Made by a program: the position numbers and the translations under genes. A stretch of 64,000 nt of DNA from Candidatus Liptonbacteria bacterium (GTDB taxonomy: Bacteria > Patescibacteriota > Minisyncoccia > UBA6257 > JACOXY01). How positions within the stretch are numbered: the first letter of the stretch is position 1; each line of letters begins with the position of its first letter. The DNA lies in contig JACOXY010000014.1 in NCBI GenBank assembly GCA_016182095.1, forward strand, positions 7,234-71,233. The letters are read 5' to 3'. The notes under the pieces were generated by a model. The model was not told where the DNA came from and searched no databases. It worked only from the letters and a program-made list of their open reading frames with translations. Below, piece after piece: positions 27,277 through 36,666 of the stretch.

Positions 27277-27867
27277 GTGAATTGGAAAAGTAAAAAAGCC
27301 TTGAGATATCTGCCGGGACTAATACTGCCATTGCTTTTTGTCGGTTTTACCGTATATTTTTTTGTCTTCTCAACCCCAGAACGCATAATTGAGATGGTCG
27401 GGGTAAACAACGCCTACATGCTCATCTTTGTGCTTGCTTTTTTGGGCGGCCTTACGACATTCAGCGGACTTCCATATCACTTGCTACTCATTACATTAGC
27501 CACCGGTGGCTTGAAGCCATCTCTGCTCGGAATATCGGCGGCTGCCGGCGTTATGCTTGGAGATTCCACGTCTTATTATGTTGGCTATCATGGCGGCGCT
27601 ATCGCTCCACAAGGCATACAAAAATTTTTTAAGCAGGCCTATTTTTTTAGCTCTCGGCACCAGATAATGCTGCCGCTCTTTTGTTTGGCATATGGTTCAT
27701 TAGTGCCGTTTTCCAACGACTTTATCACTATTTCTGCCGGTATAGCACGATACCCTTTTTGGCGAGTGATGATACCGCTTGGAATAGGTAATTTGATCTT
27801 TAATATTTCATTAGCATATTTTTCACCGAATGCTTACAATTTTTTATTCAATACAATTTTTAACTAA
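27277..27867 (+). CDS. DedA/VTT-family membrane protein
   Basis: GLPYHLLLITLATGG and GDSTSYYVGY motifs; start uncertain (a GTG at 27277 is proposed to avoid overlapping the upstream ORF). Confidence 0.6.
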   Translation: MNWKSKKALRYLPGLILPLLFVGFTVYFFVFSTPERIIEMVGVNNAYMLIFVLAFLGGLTTFSGLPYHLLLITLATGGLKPSLLGISAAAGVMLGDSTSYYVGYHGGAIAPQGIQKFFKQAYFFSSRHQIMLPLFCLAYGSLVPFSNDFITISAGIARYPFWRVMIPLGIGNLIFNISLAYFSPNAYNFLFNTIFN

Positions 27868-28045
27868 TTTTTAATTTATAATTTTTGGTTTATAATAGAA
27901 TTATGCCCAGTAATACAACTTACAGTATACTTGGCAAATTGTAACAAATCATTAGTAATGAACTTGAATAAATATTTATCAACTGATAAAGCTAGTTGAT
28001 TTTTATTTTTTAATAAAAATCACGCTGTAAGTTGATATACTAGGT

Positions 28046-28816
28046 ATGGCGCCTATAGAAAAGGAGGGTTATTGGACTCCATTAGAAAAACAGGTTAGAG
28101 ACTATATATTCCTGCCAATTACTTGGCCATTTAAGTTTATTCCGCATGCGGCCAACATTTTGACGATGATCGGATTCGGCATACTTTTTTATGCCATTTA
28201 CGATTTCTATATATATGAAAGCTATTCCCGCCAGATTTGGCTTTTAACCGCCGCCTGGCTCACGGATTTATTTGATGGACCGATAGCCAGAAACAACAAT
28301 GATGTAACCGCCTTCGGCACAGCCGCCGACCATATCCGCGACTACTTCATAAGTTTCTGGATGCTCACCCTCGCCTTCTTTATAACGGCAGATTCTCCGC
28401 AGTTTTGGCCGGTTTACTGGATTCTTGTTTTTACGATCTTGGGGCTTTTGGGCGTCATAGCGGGCACGTTGCTCTTCCAGAAAGAAAAACGCGGCGAGCG
28501 GCCATGGGGCGGATATCTGGATTTTTTCCGGGAATTTTTATTGAAAGATCTGGTCACGTCGGTAACGGCAAGAATACACACGGTAATCATGGCAATCGGC
28601 GGAGTTTTCTATATCGCGGGTGCCGCCTTGGGAGATGTTTACGCGAAAACAGGGGTGGTTATATTGATAATACAGCTTTTTGTTTTGGGCTTTTATAACC
28701 ACGAAATCCATGAGGCGCGCTACGAAGACAGGGCGCATAAAATAAGAAATATTCTCCAGGAAAAAATCCGCGAGTTGGAAGAAAAACTTAAAAAACACGT
28801 AAAAGTTGACGGCTAA
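28046..28816 (+). CDS. CDP-alcohol phosphatidyltransferase family protein with a C-terminal extension
   Basis: D(x2)DG(x2)AR...G(x3)D(x3)D motif: DLFDGPIARNNNDVTAFGTAADHIRD. Confidence 0.7.
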   Translation: MAPIEKEGYWTPLEKQVRDYIFLPITWPFKFIPHAANILTMIGFGILFYAIYDFYIYESYSRQIWLLTAAWLTDLFDGPIARNNNDVTAFGTAADHIRDYFISFWMLTLAFFITADSPQFWPVYWILVFTILGLLGVIAGTLLFQKEKRGERPWGGYLDFFREFLLKDLVTSVTARIHTVIMAIGGVFYIAGAALGDVYAKTGVVILIIQLFVLGFYNHEIHEARYEDRAHKIRNILQEKIRELEEKLKKHVKVDG

Positions 28817-28834
28817 AATAAGATTCCGCGCGCT

Positions 28835-29782
28835 CTATATCTTCACTCTTTCTATCGGTATTGGCGGATATCTTTCAGGATCAATAGTTCTTGAAAAACA
28901 AACCCGGCCTGCGTCATGAGACCAGTTTTCACTATAGCCGTAGGGATTATAGACGGGCTGTGCAATGGCAGCGTCTTTTAGATCGCTCCCAACGTTAAAA
29001 ACAGCGCAAAGCTCAAACGAATAATTGCCGGTTTTTACGTATTCATAAATGTTTCCGGTTTGAGGATCTTTCGGCGGGACAAATCCAGAAATATCATCAC
29101 GCAAAGCATCCAGAGAGTCGGGCAGAGCTCTTTTAGTTTGCCAATAATTCACTAACTGCGATTGCAAAATCTGGAGATCGTTTACGCGCCTATCGTCAAA
29201 TTTTTGCAGGCGCGCCGATTGCGGAGAGCCGGCAATATAAAATCCCGTTACCACAAAAGCTAAAACTACTAAAATCACCGCGGAGATAAAAACCCTCATC
29301 GTGGGATCTTTGATTGCCATCGTTTCTTTTTTAAGGTTCCAGTTATAATAAACGAAAACTGCGACAGCTATCGCGAAAACCGTTAGAACTTTAAGAATAA
29401 ACCTCACGGTAATTTCTCCGTTTAAGAATGTGTAGATTAAAGAAACCAAATCCCCCACTATCACGAGAGCAGCCAGAGATAGTGTAAAGTAAATGAGCCA
29501 CTTCCTAACCTTTAGCTCGCGCTTTTGGGGATTCTCCACCACATCTTTTTGCGTGCGGTAAGAGAGCCAGGCATAAACCGGAAAAACAACCACCAAAATA
29601 GATAGCGGCCATTTCAAGCTGTCTTTCGCGTAGCGGCCGTACTCATAAGCCAGCGGATCGGGAAAGTAAATATTAATTAACTGAAAAATCAGCGACCCCA
29701 ATGCCACAACGGTTACGTATAGGCCCATTATTGAAAGAAGGTGAAAAAACACGTCTTTCGGCCCAGTTTTTGAATGATTCAT
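28835..29782 (-). CDS. hypothetical polytopic membrane protein (315 aa)
   Basis: about six hydrophobic helices plus a C-terminal soluble domain. Confidence 0.55.
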   Translation of the reverse strand: MNHSKTGPKDVFFHLLSIMGLYVTVVALGSLIFQLINIYFPDPLAYEYGRYAKDSLKWPLSILVVVFPVYAWLSYRTQKDVVENPQKRELKVRKWLIYFTLSLAALVIVGDLVSLIYTFLNGEITVRFILKVLTVFAIAVAVFVYYNWNLKKETMAIKDPTMRVFISAVILVVLAFVVTGFYIAGSPQSARLQKFDDRRVNDLQILQSQLVNYWQTKRALPDSLDALRDDISGFVPPKDPQTGNIYEYVKTGNYSFELCAVFNVGSDLKDAAIAQPVYNPYGYSENWSHDAGRVCFSRTIDPERYPPIPIERVKI

Positions 29783-30090
29783 CCCGTTAGAGATAGGAGG
29801 CGCAACGCCTCCGTAATTTGTTTGCGACTATTTGAAATCAGGTTATTTGAAATATTTTTGCATCCCATTAAATATAGTTTGGTTATTTCTAACGGGATTC
29901 ATAATAAAATTATCATAGCATTAATTATGCGGCTTCCGCAACATATCTGGAGCTAGCGCATCATAAAACCAAAAGAAAAATAACAAGAGCGGCAAGGGAT
30001 AAAATCAGCCAGCCAAGGGTTATGAGCAGTAAATAAACCGCTTGTTTTCAAATGTGGTCAATTTTGGAAAAAGTGCGAACCCACTACGAG

Positions 30091-30203
30091 CAGAACCCTG
30101 ACAAAACCTAACCGCTCGGGCGGCGCGGAATTCCCCCCTTGAACCCCCCTTCCGCGCCGCCCTCGCGGGAAGTTCGTTTTTGCCCGCTTCGCGGGCACGC
30201 CGC
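30091..30203. repeat. left arm of an about 113-bp near-perfect inverted repeat bounding the R-M/ImmA island
   Basis: differs from the reverse complement of 33153-33265 at about 3 positions; GC-rich with internal palindromes. Confidence 0.85.
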
Positions 30204-30601
30204 TATTTCTTCGGGAAAAGATACTCAACCGCCACTCTCAACATCAAGTAAATCTGTGTTATTGTAGCAGTCACCAACAAACGGAAACTCCATTCTTCAA
30301 GAACAAATCCAAGCCATCCTGTTGCTTGAAGAAAAGCAAACGCGAAAATTATAAACGATTCGATACCGAGAAACCAGAGCAAGACCTTAAGCGTCAATTT
30401 CTTCAACTTAATATCTTGCTCAAGATCTACATTCTTTAGTTTTTCTCTCTTTGCTAATTCCTCTTTAATTCTAACCGGCTTTTGTTCAGAATACGAAAAT
30501 TCACTAGACGACTTTAATAGTTCCGCAACAGATTCAAAAGAAAGTGCTGGAGTTTCTTGCACTTCGGGCTCGTTTTTTGTCTTTTCTTTTTTATCAGTCA
30601 T
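30203..30601 (-). CDS. hypothetical small membrane protein (132 aa; charged N-terminus, 2 TM)
   Basis: last gene of the island operon; overlaps the end of the left inverted repeat. Confidence 0.45.
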   Translation of the reverse strand: MTDKKEKTKNEPEVQETPALSFESVAELLKSSSEFSYSEQKPVRIKEELAKREKLKNVDLEQDIKLKKLTLKVLLWFLGIESFIIFAFAFLQATGWLGFVLEEWSFRLLVTATITQIYLMLRVAVEYLFPKK

Positions 30602-30605
30602 ATCG

Positions 30606-31133
30606 TTAGTTAACGAGCCCCAACCTGCTCAACCTGATACTCATTGCCTCGACCGAAACATTGAAGACTTCTGCACAATCTTCGACATCTCTTAATTTTT
30701 CCCACGCTTTCTTAACGAGCTCCGCTGGCATAATTAAAGACGCCGCAAAGTTATTTGCTTCGGTTTCTAGTTTTGTTGAAGTGGCTTCATCTCTCCGATA
30801 AAGCATTCCCGCTCTATCGAGAACATTCTCTTCGTCAACGAAAAACTCTTTCTTTATTTCCTCTTGATGCAAAAAATAGTGTCCAAGTTCGTGAGCAATG
30901 GTAAAGTATTGTCTGGTAGGCGATTTTGTATTGTTAATGAGAATAGAAAAATTATTTTCTTCCTGGAAAAATCCAATAACCCCCGATACTTTATCGGGCA
31001 ACTTGCCTGTCCGGAATATTTTCAAATCACTTTTATCCTTCTGAATATTTTCATAGGGAAAAGGCGAAAGCCCCTCGGGGTTATACTTTTTTGAAATTTC
31101 TTCAGCGTAATTACAAATTTCCTGTATAGTCAT
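30606..31133 (-). CDS. ImmA/IrrE-family metallo-endopeptidase (COG2856, DUF955)
   Basis: YFTIAHELGHYFLH HEXXH motif and ETEANNFAASLIMP block. Confidence 0.8.
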   Translation of the reverse strand: MTIQEICNYAEEISKKYNPEGLSPFPYENIQKDKSDLKIFRTGKLPDKVSGVIGFFQEENNFSILINNTKSPTRQYFTIAHELGHYFLHQEEIKKEFFVDEENVLDRAGMLYRRDEATSTKLETEANNFAASLIMPAELVKKAWEKLRDVEDCAEVFNVSVEAMSIRLSRLGLVN

Positions 31134-31140
31134 ATTGTTG

Positions 31141-31857
31141 CTATTTGATTTTACGCTTTATTATTTCGACCAAGTTCTCTGGTTTGACTAGAAATGTCTT
31201 GAACTCATCAAAATTTTTATCAGTAATACCAATTTGAAACTCGATACCTCCTCGGTGCTGATGGCTTCTCATGGGGTGTTTTTTGACTTCTTTATCTGAA
31301 AGAACCCAATAATAAATTTTGTCTATCCACACACCAACGAAAACAAAAACATCTACAATATCCAGTTTAAGCTGTTGAAAATTCATCCAATATGGCTCAT
31401 CGGACTCAAAACTTAATGCTTTGGTTTCTAATCCGCCTCTAATTTTTGTGTTGATTGCTCGTGATGCTTTTACTTCAATCTTGATTATTTTACTTCCGTT
31501 TTCAAGATAGAGATCGTAGTCGCCGGAATACTTTTTATCAATCTGTTTTGATGGTTTCTTAAACCCTGAATCCACATCTATCAAATGCTGTTGCGCCCAA
31601 ATTTCACCAAAAACACGAGGTGAAATGTTGTAAAGATTTAGATATGGGTTCGCATTAACATACGCATCTCTTAATGCCTCATATTCTTTGAAAGTGATGA
31701 CTTTCTTATCAAGCAAATACATTAAACGATACTCGTACTCATTAAAGGGATAAATAGATTTTAGCCCGCTCAAATGGGCCAAAAGAATTTTTCGATCTTC
31801 TTGCGGTAATTCTTTGACCCACGCTTCAAGTTTTTTATCTAAATTTTTCTTATCCAT
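31141..31857 (-). CDS. putative type II restriction endonuclease (PD-(D/E)XK)
   Basis: GDYDLYLENGSKIIKIEVKAS is a D...EVK catalytic core; directly downstream of the methyltransferase. Confidence 0.55.
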   Translation of the reverse strand: MDKKNLDKKLEAWVKELPQEDRKILLAHLSGLKSIYPFNEYEYRLMYLLDKKVITFKEYEALRDAYVNANPYLNLYNISPRVFGEIWAQQHLIDVDSGFKKPSKQIDKKYSGDYDLYLENGSKIIKIEVKASRAINTKIRGGLETKALSFESDEPYWMNFQQLKLDIVDVFVFVGVWIDKIYYWVLSDKEVKKHPMRSHQHRGGIEFQIGITDKNFDEFKTFLVKPENLVEIIKRKIK

Positions 31858-31860
31858 AGA

Positions 31861-32805
31861 TTAAACTAAATCAAGAAGCGTTGGCGCGCCCAACAATTCT
31901 TCATCTTTTACTAAAATTTGGCCGTCTTTTAGAACTTTTAGCCGCCCCCACCCCATCTCGCCTGTGCGCCGGTGGTGAAGTAAACGTGCAGCCATAATCT
32001 TACAATAATTCGGATTTATATCCATTGTGTAGCATTTTCTTTTGCTCAACTCTGCCTGCAATAAGGTTGAACCGGAATGACCAAAAAAATCTACAACAAG
32101 ATCGTCAGTTTTGCTACTGGCCTCGATTATCCGTTTCGCGGATTTTAGAGGTTTCTGTGCAAAACACCCCTCAATATTCTCATGCATCAAATAAAAAACT
32201 TGTTGAATGTCATGCCAAACATTACCCGCGCGAATTGTTAGCGATTTACTCCTTTCAAAATTTTCAGTCATTTTTCCGTTCACTTTTTTGTAATATCCTT
32301 TTGTCTTTTTAGGTATATCTGTATATTCAGCCTGGACATCAAAAGCTGGCTCTCCCTTTATGTAGTAAAGCAGTTCTTGACGAATAGCCATCCAGTTTTT
32401 TTGTGTTCCATACCCTCTTTGATTTCTCATGGTAATAAAGCTCCGAATCTTCACCGGCTTATTCCTCATCATAAGAATAAAATCGGGCAATGGTTGTAAA
32501 CCACTCCTAACATCTGCCCCAAGCCAAACATAAAATGAAGAATTGTTATGAAGTATGTCTAGTGTATTATCAACCCACTTTTCGCTCCAATTCATATATT
32601 GATCTAGTGGCAAATTTCCGAATTCGTCGTTGATGTCCACATTGTAAGGCGGGTCTTGCACCGCTAACACGGCTTTTTCTTTTTCCATCAATTTTTCAAC
32701 ATCTTCTTTTTTGGAAACATCAAGACAACCAACGCGATGACCGCTAACTGGGTCTTCCCAAATCATTCCGTATTCAAAATTTGGCAAGCTGTTAGTTTTT
32801 GCCAT
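31861..32805 (-). CDS. DNA methyltransferase (beta-class N6A/N4C)
   Basis: VQDPPYNVDIN (motif IV) and FFGHSGSTLLQAE (motif I); start uncertain (the ORF extends to 32841 and overlaps the HTH gene). Confidence 0.8.
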   Translation of the reverse strand: MAKTNSLPNFEYGMIWEDPVSGHRVGCLDVSKKEDVEKLMEKEKAVLAVQDPPYNVDINDEFGNLPLDQYMNWSEKWVDNTLDILHNNSSFYVWLGADVRSGLQPLPDFILMMRNKPVKIRSFITMRNQRGYGTQKNWMAIRQELLYYIKGEPAFDVQAEYTDIPKKTKGYYKKVNGKMTENFERSKSLTIRAGNVWHDIQQVFYLMHENIEGCFAQKPLKSAKRIIEASSKTDDLVVDFFGHSGSTLLQAELSKRKCYTMDINPNYCKIMAARLLHHRRTGEMGWGRLKVLKDGQILVKDEELLGAPTLLDLV

Positions 32806-33013
32806 TGTTGAAAAATTCTTTTGGGCTAATTTCGAGTGCATGGGCTAATTTTTGGATATTTTTTAAGGCCGGATTTCTTATTCCTCGCTCAATGCCACTT
32901 ATGTAGGTTCGATGTAGTCCAGTAATTTTTGATAATTGACCTTGCGAAATTGCTCGTTTTTCTCTCAATTCTCGCAACCGCTTGCCAAATTTTGATAATT
33001 CTTGATTCTTCAT
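32792..33013 (-). CDS. XRE-family HTH transcriptional regulator (controller-protein position of the R-M operon)
   Basis: LRELREKRAISQGQLSKITGLHRTYISGIERG is a classic XRE helix-turn-helix; 73 aa. Confidence 0.8.
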   Translation of the reverse strand: MKNQELSKFGKRLRELREKRAISQGQLSKITGLHRTYISGIERGIRNPALKNIQKLAHALEISPKEFFNNGKN

Positions 33014-33152
33014 ACATAAACACGATATCCACTTGAAATCATTTTATCATTGTGAATAAGATAAGTATATAGTAGAATATAAGTCACTAGGGAGTATAAT
33101 GATGTTGCGCGCGCACTGGGAGGGTGGGGCAAGCGCAACTCCAACTTTTCTA

Positions 33153-33265
33153 GCGGCGCGCCCGCGAAGCGGGCAAAAACGAACTTCCCGCGAGGGCGGC
33201 GCGGAAGGGGGGTTTAAGGGGGGAATTCCGCGCCGCCCGAGCGGTTAGGTTTCGTCAGGGTTCTG
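33153..33265. repeat. right arm of the about 113-bp inverted repeat bounding the R-M/ImmA island
   Basis: reverse complement of 30091-30203 with about 3 mismatches. Confidence 0.85.
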
Positions 33266-33278
33266 ACTTTTTCAAATG

Positions 33279-33349
33279 TGGACCTAGCGAGAATCGAACT
33301 CGCGCCTTCTGCATGCCATGCAGATATTCTACCACTGAATTATAGGCCC
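33279..33349 (-). tRNA. tRNA-Ala (anticodon GGC), with the G3:U70 identity pair
   Basis: GGGCCUA acceptor pairing UAGGUCC with G3-U70; anticodon loop AUGGCAU; T-loop UUCGAUU; CCA not encoded. Confidence 0.85.
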
Positions 33350-33419
33350 GCTTGAACTTTATAACATTTTCATTGTAATCTTGCAACAAAAATGTTATAA
33401 AGTTAATCTTAAATAAGGG

Positions 33420-33494
33420 GCCCTCGTAGTTCAATGGACAGAACAATTCCGTCCTAAGGAAAAAATGGGAGTTCGATTCTCTCCGAGGGCACCA
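33420..33494 (+). tRNA. tRNA-Arg (anticodon CCU), CCA encoded
   Basis: GCCCUCG acceptor, D-stem GUUC/GAAC, anticodon loop GUCCUAA, T-arm GGGAG-UUCGAUU-CUCUC, 3' CGAGGGC-A-CCA. Confidence 0.85.
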
Positions 33495-33543
33495 CGTAGG
33501 AAATTGACTGAAACTAACGCGCCGCACTCGTCCCGAATAAAGC

Positions 33544-33632
33544 GGTGGGGTGGCTGAGCCCGGTTGAAGGCGCCACACTCGAAATGTGGTATGCTCGAAA
33601 GGGCATCGTGAGTTCAAATCTCACCCCCACCG
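33544..33632 (+). tRNA. tRNA-Ser (anticodon CGA), long variable arm
   Basis: GGUGGGG acceptor, anticodon stem CCACA/UGUGG with loop CUCGAAA, variable hairpin UAUGCUCGAAAGGGCAUC, T-arm GUGAG-UUCAAAU-CUCAC, 3' CCCCACC-G. Confidence 0.85.
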
Positions 33633-33652
33633 CTTTGCGCGGGATAAAAAAT

Positions 33653-33701
33653 GCGGTTGGGGAGAAATCCCCTCGGAGGTTCTAATCCTCCACCCTCCGC
33701 A
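33653..33701 (+). other. tRNA-like minihelix (acceptor-like stem plus T-arm GGAGG-UUCUAAU-CCUCC) lacking D and anticodon arms; likely a diverged partial duplicate of a tRNA 3' end
   Basis: GCGGUUGGGGAGAAAUCCCCUCGGAGGUUCUAAUCCUCCACCCUCCGCA has the same architecture as the tRNA-Ser 3' end, about 20 nt after the tRNA. Confidence 0.3.
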
Positions 33702-33806
33702 AATGTTTTTTGCTATATTTTTTGGTACCGCAAGATAGAAAAAATAACAATTGAGAAAAATTTGGCGGGAATTAGTTATAAGTGATATAATGAACATATA
33801 AGTATT

Positions 33807-34196
33807 ATGAATTGGAATCCCACAATTTATCTTCTCTGGCTGACCATTAAATACTTAATCGTTGCTTCCGCGATTGCCTACGGCTTTTTGTGGCTGATAT
33901 TCAGATTTTACGTGAAAGAATATGAAATGGATGCTAAAAGCCAAATAATGATTTCTTTCAAAACCTTCGGAACTTTCATATTGATAAACTTCGTTTTTCT
34001 TCTTTGGCTACCGCCGATATCTACGAGCATATTGCCTCCGTTTTTCCTAAGCATTGGAGCGTCTTTATTTGTAGCGCACAGGCTTCTTATTAAGGCAGGA
34101 ATGGAAAAGAAAGAAACTTGGCGTGTTGCCATGCCATGGTTTGCTGCCATGTTAGCTTTCTCGCTGATTTTTATGTCTGTCGAGGGGATTATTTAA
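33807..34196 (+). CDS. hypothetical 4-TM membrane protein
   Basis: hydrophobic helices; first of six same-strand lineage-specific ORFs. Confidence 0.5.
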   Translation: MNWNPTIYLLWLTIKYLIVASAIAYGFLWLIFRFYVKEYEMDAKSQIMISFKTFGTFILINFVFLLWLPPISTSILPPFFLSIGASLFVAHRLLIKAGMEKKETWRVAMPWFAAMLAFSLIFMSVEGII

Positions 34197-34220
34197 AACA
34201 AACAAATTAAAATAAAAAAT

Positions 34221-34751
34221 ATGGGAATAATACCGAGAAGAAAAATGCCATCCGGCACAAAAGTTAAGCGGCTGACTCTTTATCCCAGAGAGAAGTATTC
34301 GTTCGAGAAACCTGAAGAGGCCCCAGAGACATTCGAAAAACCGCCAGAAAAACCAAGGGGGGAATGGCGATGGGTCCCCACAAGAGAAAAGCCAGAAATG
34401 AAAGCTCCGGAGAAATTGCCATATTTTAGGGACCTCCCGCCAAAATACGAGGAACCGACGCCTCCGCCGCCCGCTCCTAAAGAAGGCATGAGCGACGCTA
34501 AATTGTTTGCCGTCTGGGCATTCATTATCGCCATAGCTATAATTATTGCGTCTATAATCGGCAGTACCGATGAGAACTGGGACTGGGGTGGCGGAGGAGG
34601 CGGAGGCGGGCTGAACTGCCCGGCTACATGTGATAGCACTGTCGGGGTTACCGTAGACGAGCGCTGCCCTTGCCCATCTCCTTGTTTTCGTTCTTTCAAA
34701 TCAACAAACCCTCCGGGAGTAAGCGGAAATTATAAACAATGTTATAGATAA
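34221..34751 (+). CDS. hypothetical protein with an EKP/Pro-rich repeat N-terminus, one TM helix, a Gly8 tract and a 6-Cys C-terminal module
   Basis: FEKPEEAPETFEKPPEKP...PPPPAP; TM LFAVWAFIIAIAIIIASIIG; GGGGGGGG; CPATCDSTVGVTVDERCPCPSPC. Confidence 0.5.
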   Translation: MGIIPRRKMPSGTKVKRLTLYPREKYSFEKPEEAPETFEKPPEKPRGEWRWVPTREKPEMKAPEKLPYFRDLPPKYEEPTPPPPAPKEGMSDAKLFAVWAFIIAIAIIIASIIGSTDENWDWGGGGGGGGLNCPATCDSTVGVTVDERCPCPSPCFRSFKSTNPPGVSGNYKQCYR

Positions 34752-34758
34752 TTAAAAA

Positions 34759-35292
34759 ATGAGAAAAACACTTACCATAATTATTATTTCCATCATTCTC
34801 GTCTTGGCGGGATATCTGACTTACCGATACTTCTTTTATACTTGTTGCGCCCTGCCGCCTAAATCCATACCAACCGCCTCAAGTGATTTGAGATTAAACG
34901 ACCCCGGCCTGTTGTATGCCAAGCGGGCCTTTATCGGTCTTTGCCGTACAAAATCCGGCGACGGAGGCAGCTGCCATTACAATACTTATTTATATGCCTC
35001 CGGGAAACTGACCATGGAATCGGGGGAGCTCGCCATAACACCCGACGGCGAAAAATCTACCGCTTATCCGGCTGTTGAAAAACAACTGGATAAAGTACTG
35101 ATGGACAGGATAATAAAGCAGATCAGAGATTCAGGAGTCATGACCAAGCCGTGCGACGCGGAATTGGTAATGGATTACTTCGTCAATTATTTTTTATTTC
35201 TGGACGGCATAAAAAAAGAAGCTAAGTTCCCCGGCTGTGAAGCGGAATTCAATGCAATAGATAAATTAATTGATACGGCCGCGGATAAATAA
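34759..35292 (+). CDS. hypothetical secreted/anchored protein (177 aa) with conserved cysteines
   Basis: N-terminal signal-anchor helix. Confidence 0.5.
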   Translation: MRKTLTIIIISIILVLAGYLTYRYFFYTCCALPPKSIPTASSDLRLNDPGLLYAKRAFIGLCRTKSGDGGSCHYNTYLYASGKLTMESGELAITPDGEKSTAYPAVEKQLDKVLMDRIIKQIRDSGVMTKPCDAELVMDYFVNYFLFLDGIKKEAKFPGCEAEFNAIDKLIDTAADK

Positions 35293-35438
35293 CTATGAAA
35301 AGATTTTATCTCATTTTAAAAATTCTACTCATTCTAGCGATTTTAATCGCATTGGCCTATTTAGTAACTCCCACGGACAGCGAAATTATTTTAAAAAGGC
35401 CATGGCTTCAATAAATAATAAAGGGCTTTTTATTTACA

Positions 35439-36131
35439 ATGGAAAATGCGGGAGAAAATAAAGAAAAAATCAGTGAGTTGGCGCACAGGTGGGAGACGCG
35501 GCTTCAGGAAAAGCTTGATGAGGCATTAAGCGACCCAAGCGTCGACAAGAAAAAAATTGAAGACACATTGTGGGAATATGGAATTTTGGAGCGGATAGAT
35601 CCGCGAGACAGTGAAGAGCGTGAGGCGAGAAAAGAAAATAGCAGTGACCTATGGGACGGGGGGCGAGATAACCCCGAGCTATACTGGCGCTTGCTTTATT
35701 CGCTTGGCTTAATTCACGAGTCTATTAAAAGAAATTATTCGCTTGTCGGCGGATTGGCTGTGGGCGCGTTAACGGGCATTGTGTATTTACACGCGAAAGC
35801 TCAAGAGAGAATATATAAAGAATTTTTCCCTGGTTCTAAAAACGCGTATGTTGATCTTAATAATGATTTAATTGAGAAAGCAAAAGATGAGTTGCATAAG
35901 CGCGGCGTGGCCAACCCGCAGCTTATTTCCTGGGGCTCCGAGGGCGTTTGGAAAGGAATCCCCGTTACTGTAGAAAGATATGCCAGCGATGGCACCGTAG
36001 TATTTCATGCCAATAACATATCCGACCATATGAAAATTTATGATCTTAGCGATCGGGGTAGTGTACTGCCAAGCAGTGTAAATCCCGAAGATTTTACCTT
36101 ACCCCTTAAGCGTCCTAAACAGAAAAAATAG
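35439..36131 (+). CDS. hypothetical protein (230 aa)
   Basis: clean ORF. Confidence 0.5.
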   Translation: MENAGENKEKISELAHRWETRLQEKLDEALSDPSVDKKKIEDTLWEYGILERIDPRDSEEREARKENSSDLWDGGRDNPELYWRLLYSLGLIHESIKRNYSLVGGLAVGALTGIVYLHAKAQERIYKEFFPGSKNAYVDLNNDLIEKAKDELHKRGVANPQLISWGSEGVWKGIPVTVERYASDGTVVFHANNISDHMKIYDLSDRGSVLPSSVNPEDFTLPLKRPKQKK

Positions 36132-36149
36132 AAATATTTCTCATTTATC

Positions 36150-36581
36150 ATGGAAAACAAAAGCGAGGAATGGAAAGGTGGCGGGAAAGAGGAGTGGCCA
36201 GAGGAGCTTGAGCATTTTTTCAAATATAGCAAGATATTGCCAGAAGATGTACCAAGAGAACTTCTTGAGTTTCCTTCTGATTTAATTATAGAAACAATGC
36301 ATAATCTCTTTAATTTATCGCGCGAGCAAAGCGCGGATGAACTGCGAAACTACATGGCTTACATAGTAGAAAAAGAGCAGTCACTTACGGCTTCAGGCAA
36401 AAACGCGGAAAACGATTTTGATGCTTACAAACTCCGGCAGACAAAAAAGCTTTATGAATATATGCTTGCCTTTGTAGAAAAGTATGGCTGGGAAAAAAGT
36501 TTCGGGCTGGTAAGAAATCTTGAGGAAATCAATCCGAAACACTTACTGCTTAAAGAATTTTACGATAAACAGAAAAAATGA
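36150..36581 (+). CDS. hypothetical protein (143 aa)
   Basis: clean ORF. Confidence 0.5.
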   Translation: MENKSEEWKGGGKEEWPEELEHFFKYSKILPEDVPRELLEFPSDLIIETMHNLFNLSREQSADELRNYMAYIVEKEQSLTASGKNAENDFDAYKLRQTKKLYEYMLAFVEKYGWEKSFGLVRNLEEINPKHLLLKEFYDKQKK

Positions 36582-36666
36582 AAAGTCCTTTTACTACTTG
36601 ACACAAATAATAGCCCTTGCTACCCTTCTAGTAGATTTATTCCCAACTTTTTAGGAGACGGAAGAG

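Larger units (their letters stand above)
30091..33265. mobile_element. inverted-repeat-bounded accessory island (about 3.2 kb) holding HTH controller, methyltransferase, restriction endonuclease, ImmA/IrrE peptidase and a small membrane protein; ends 14 bp from the tRNA-Ala 3' end
   Basis: long terminal inverted repeats, tRNA-adjacent, self-contained defence cargo; no transposase or integrase inside, so mobility is inferred. Confidence 0.5.
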
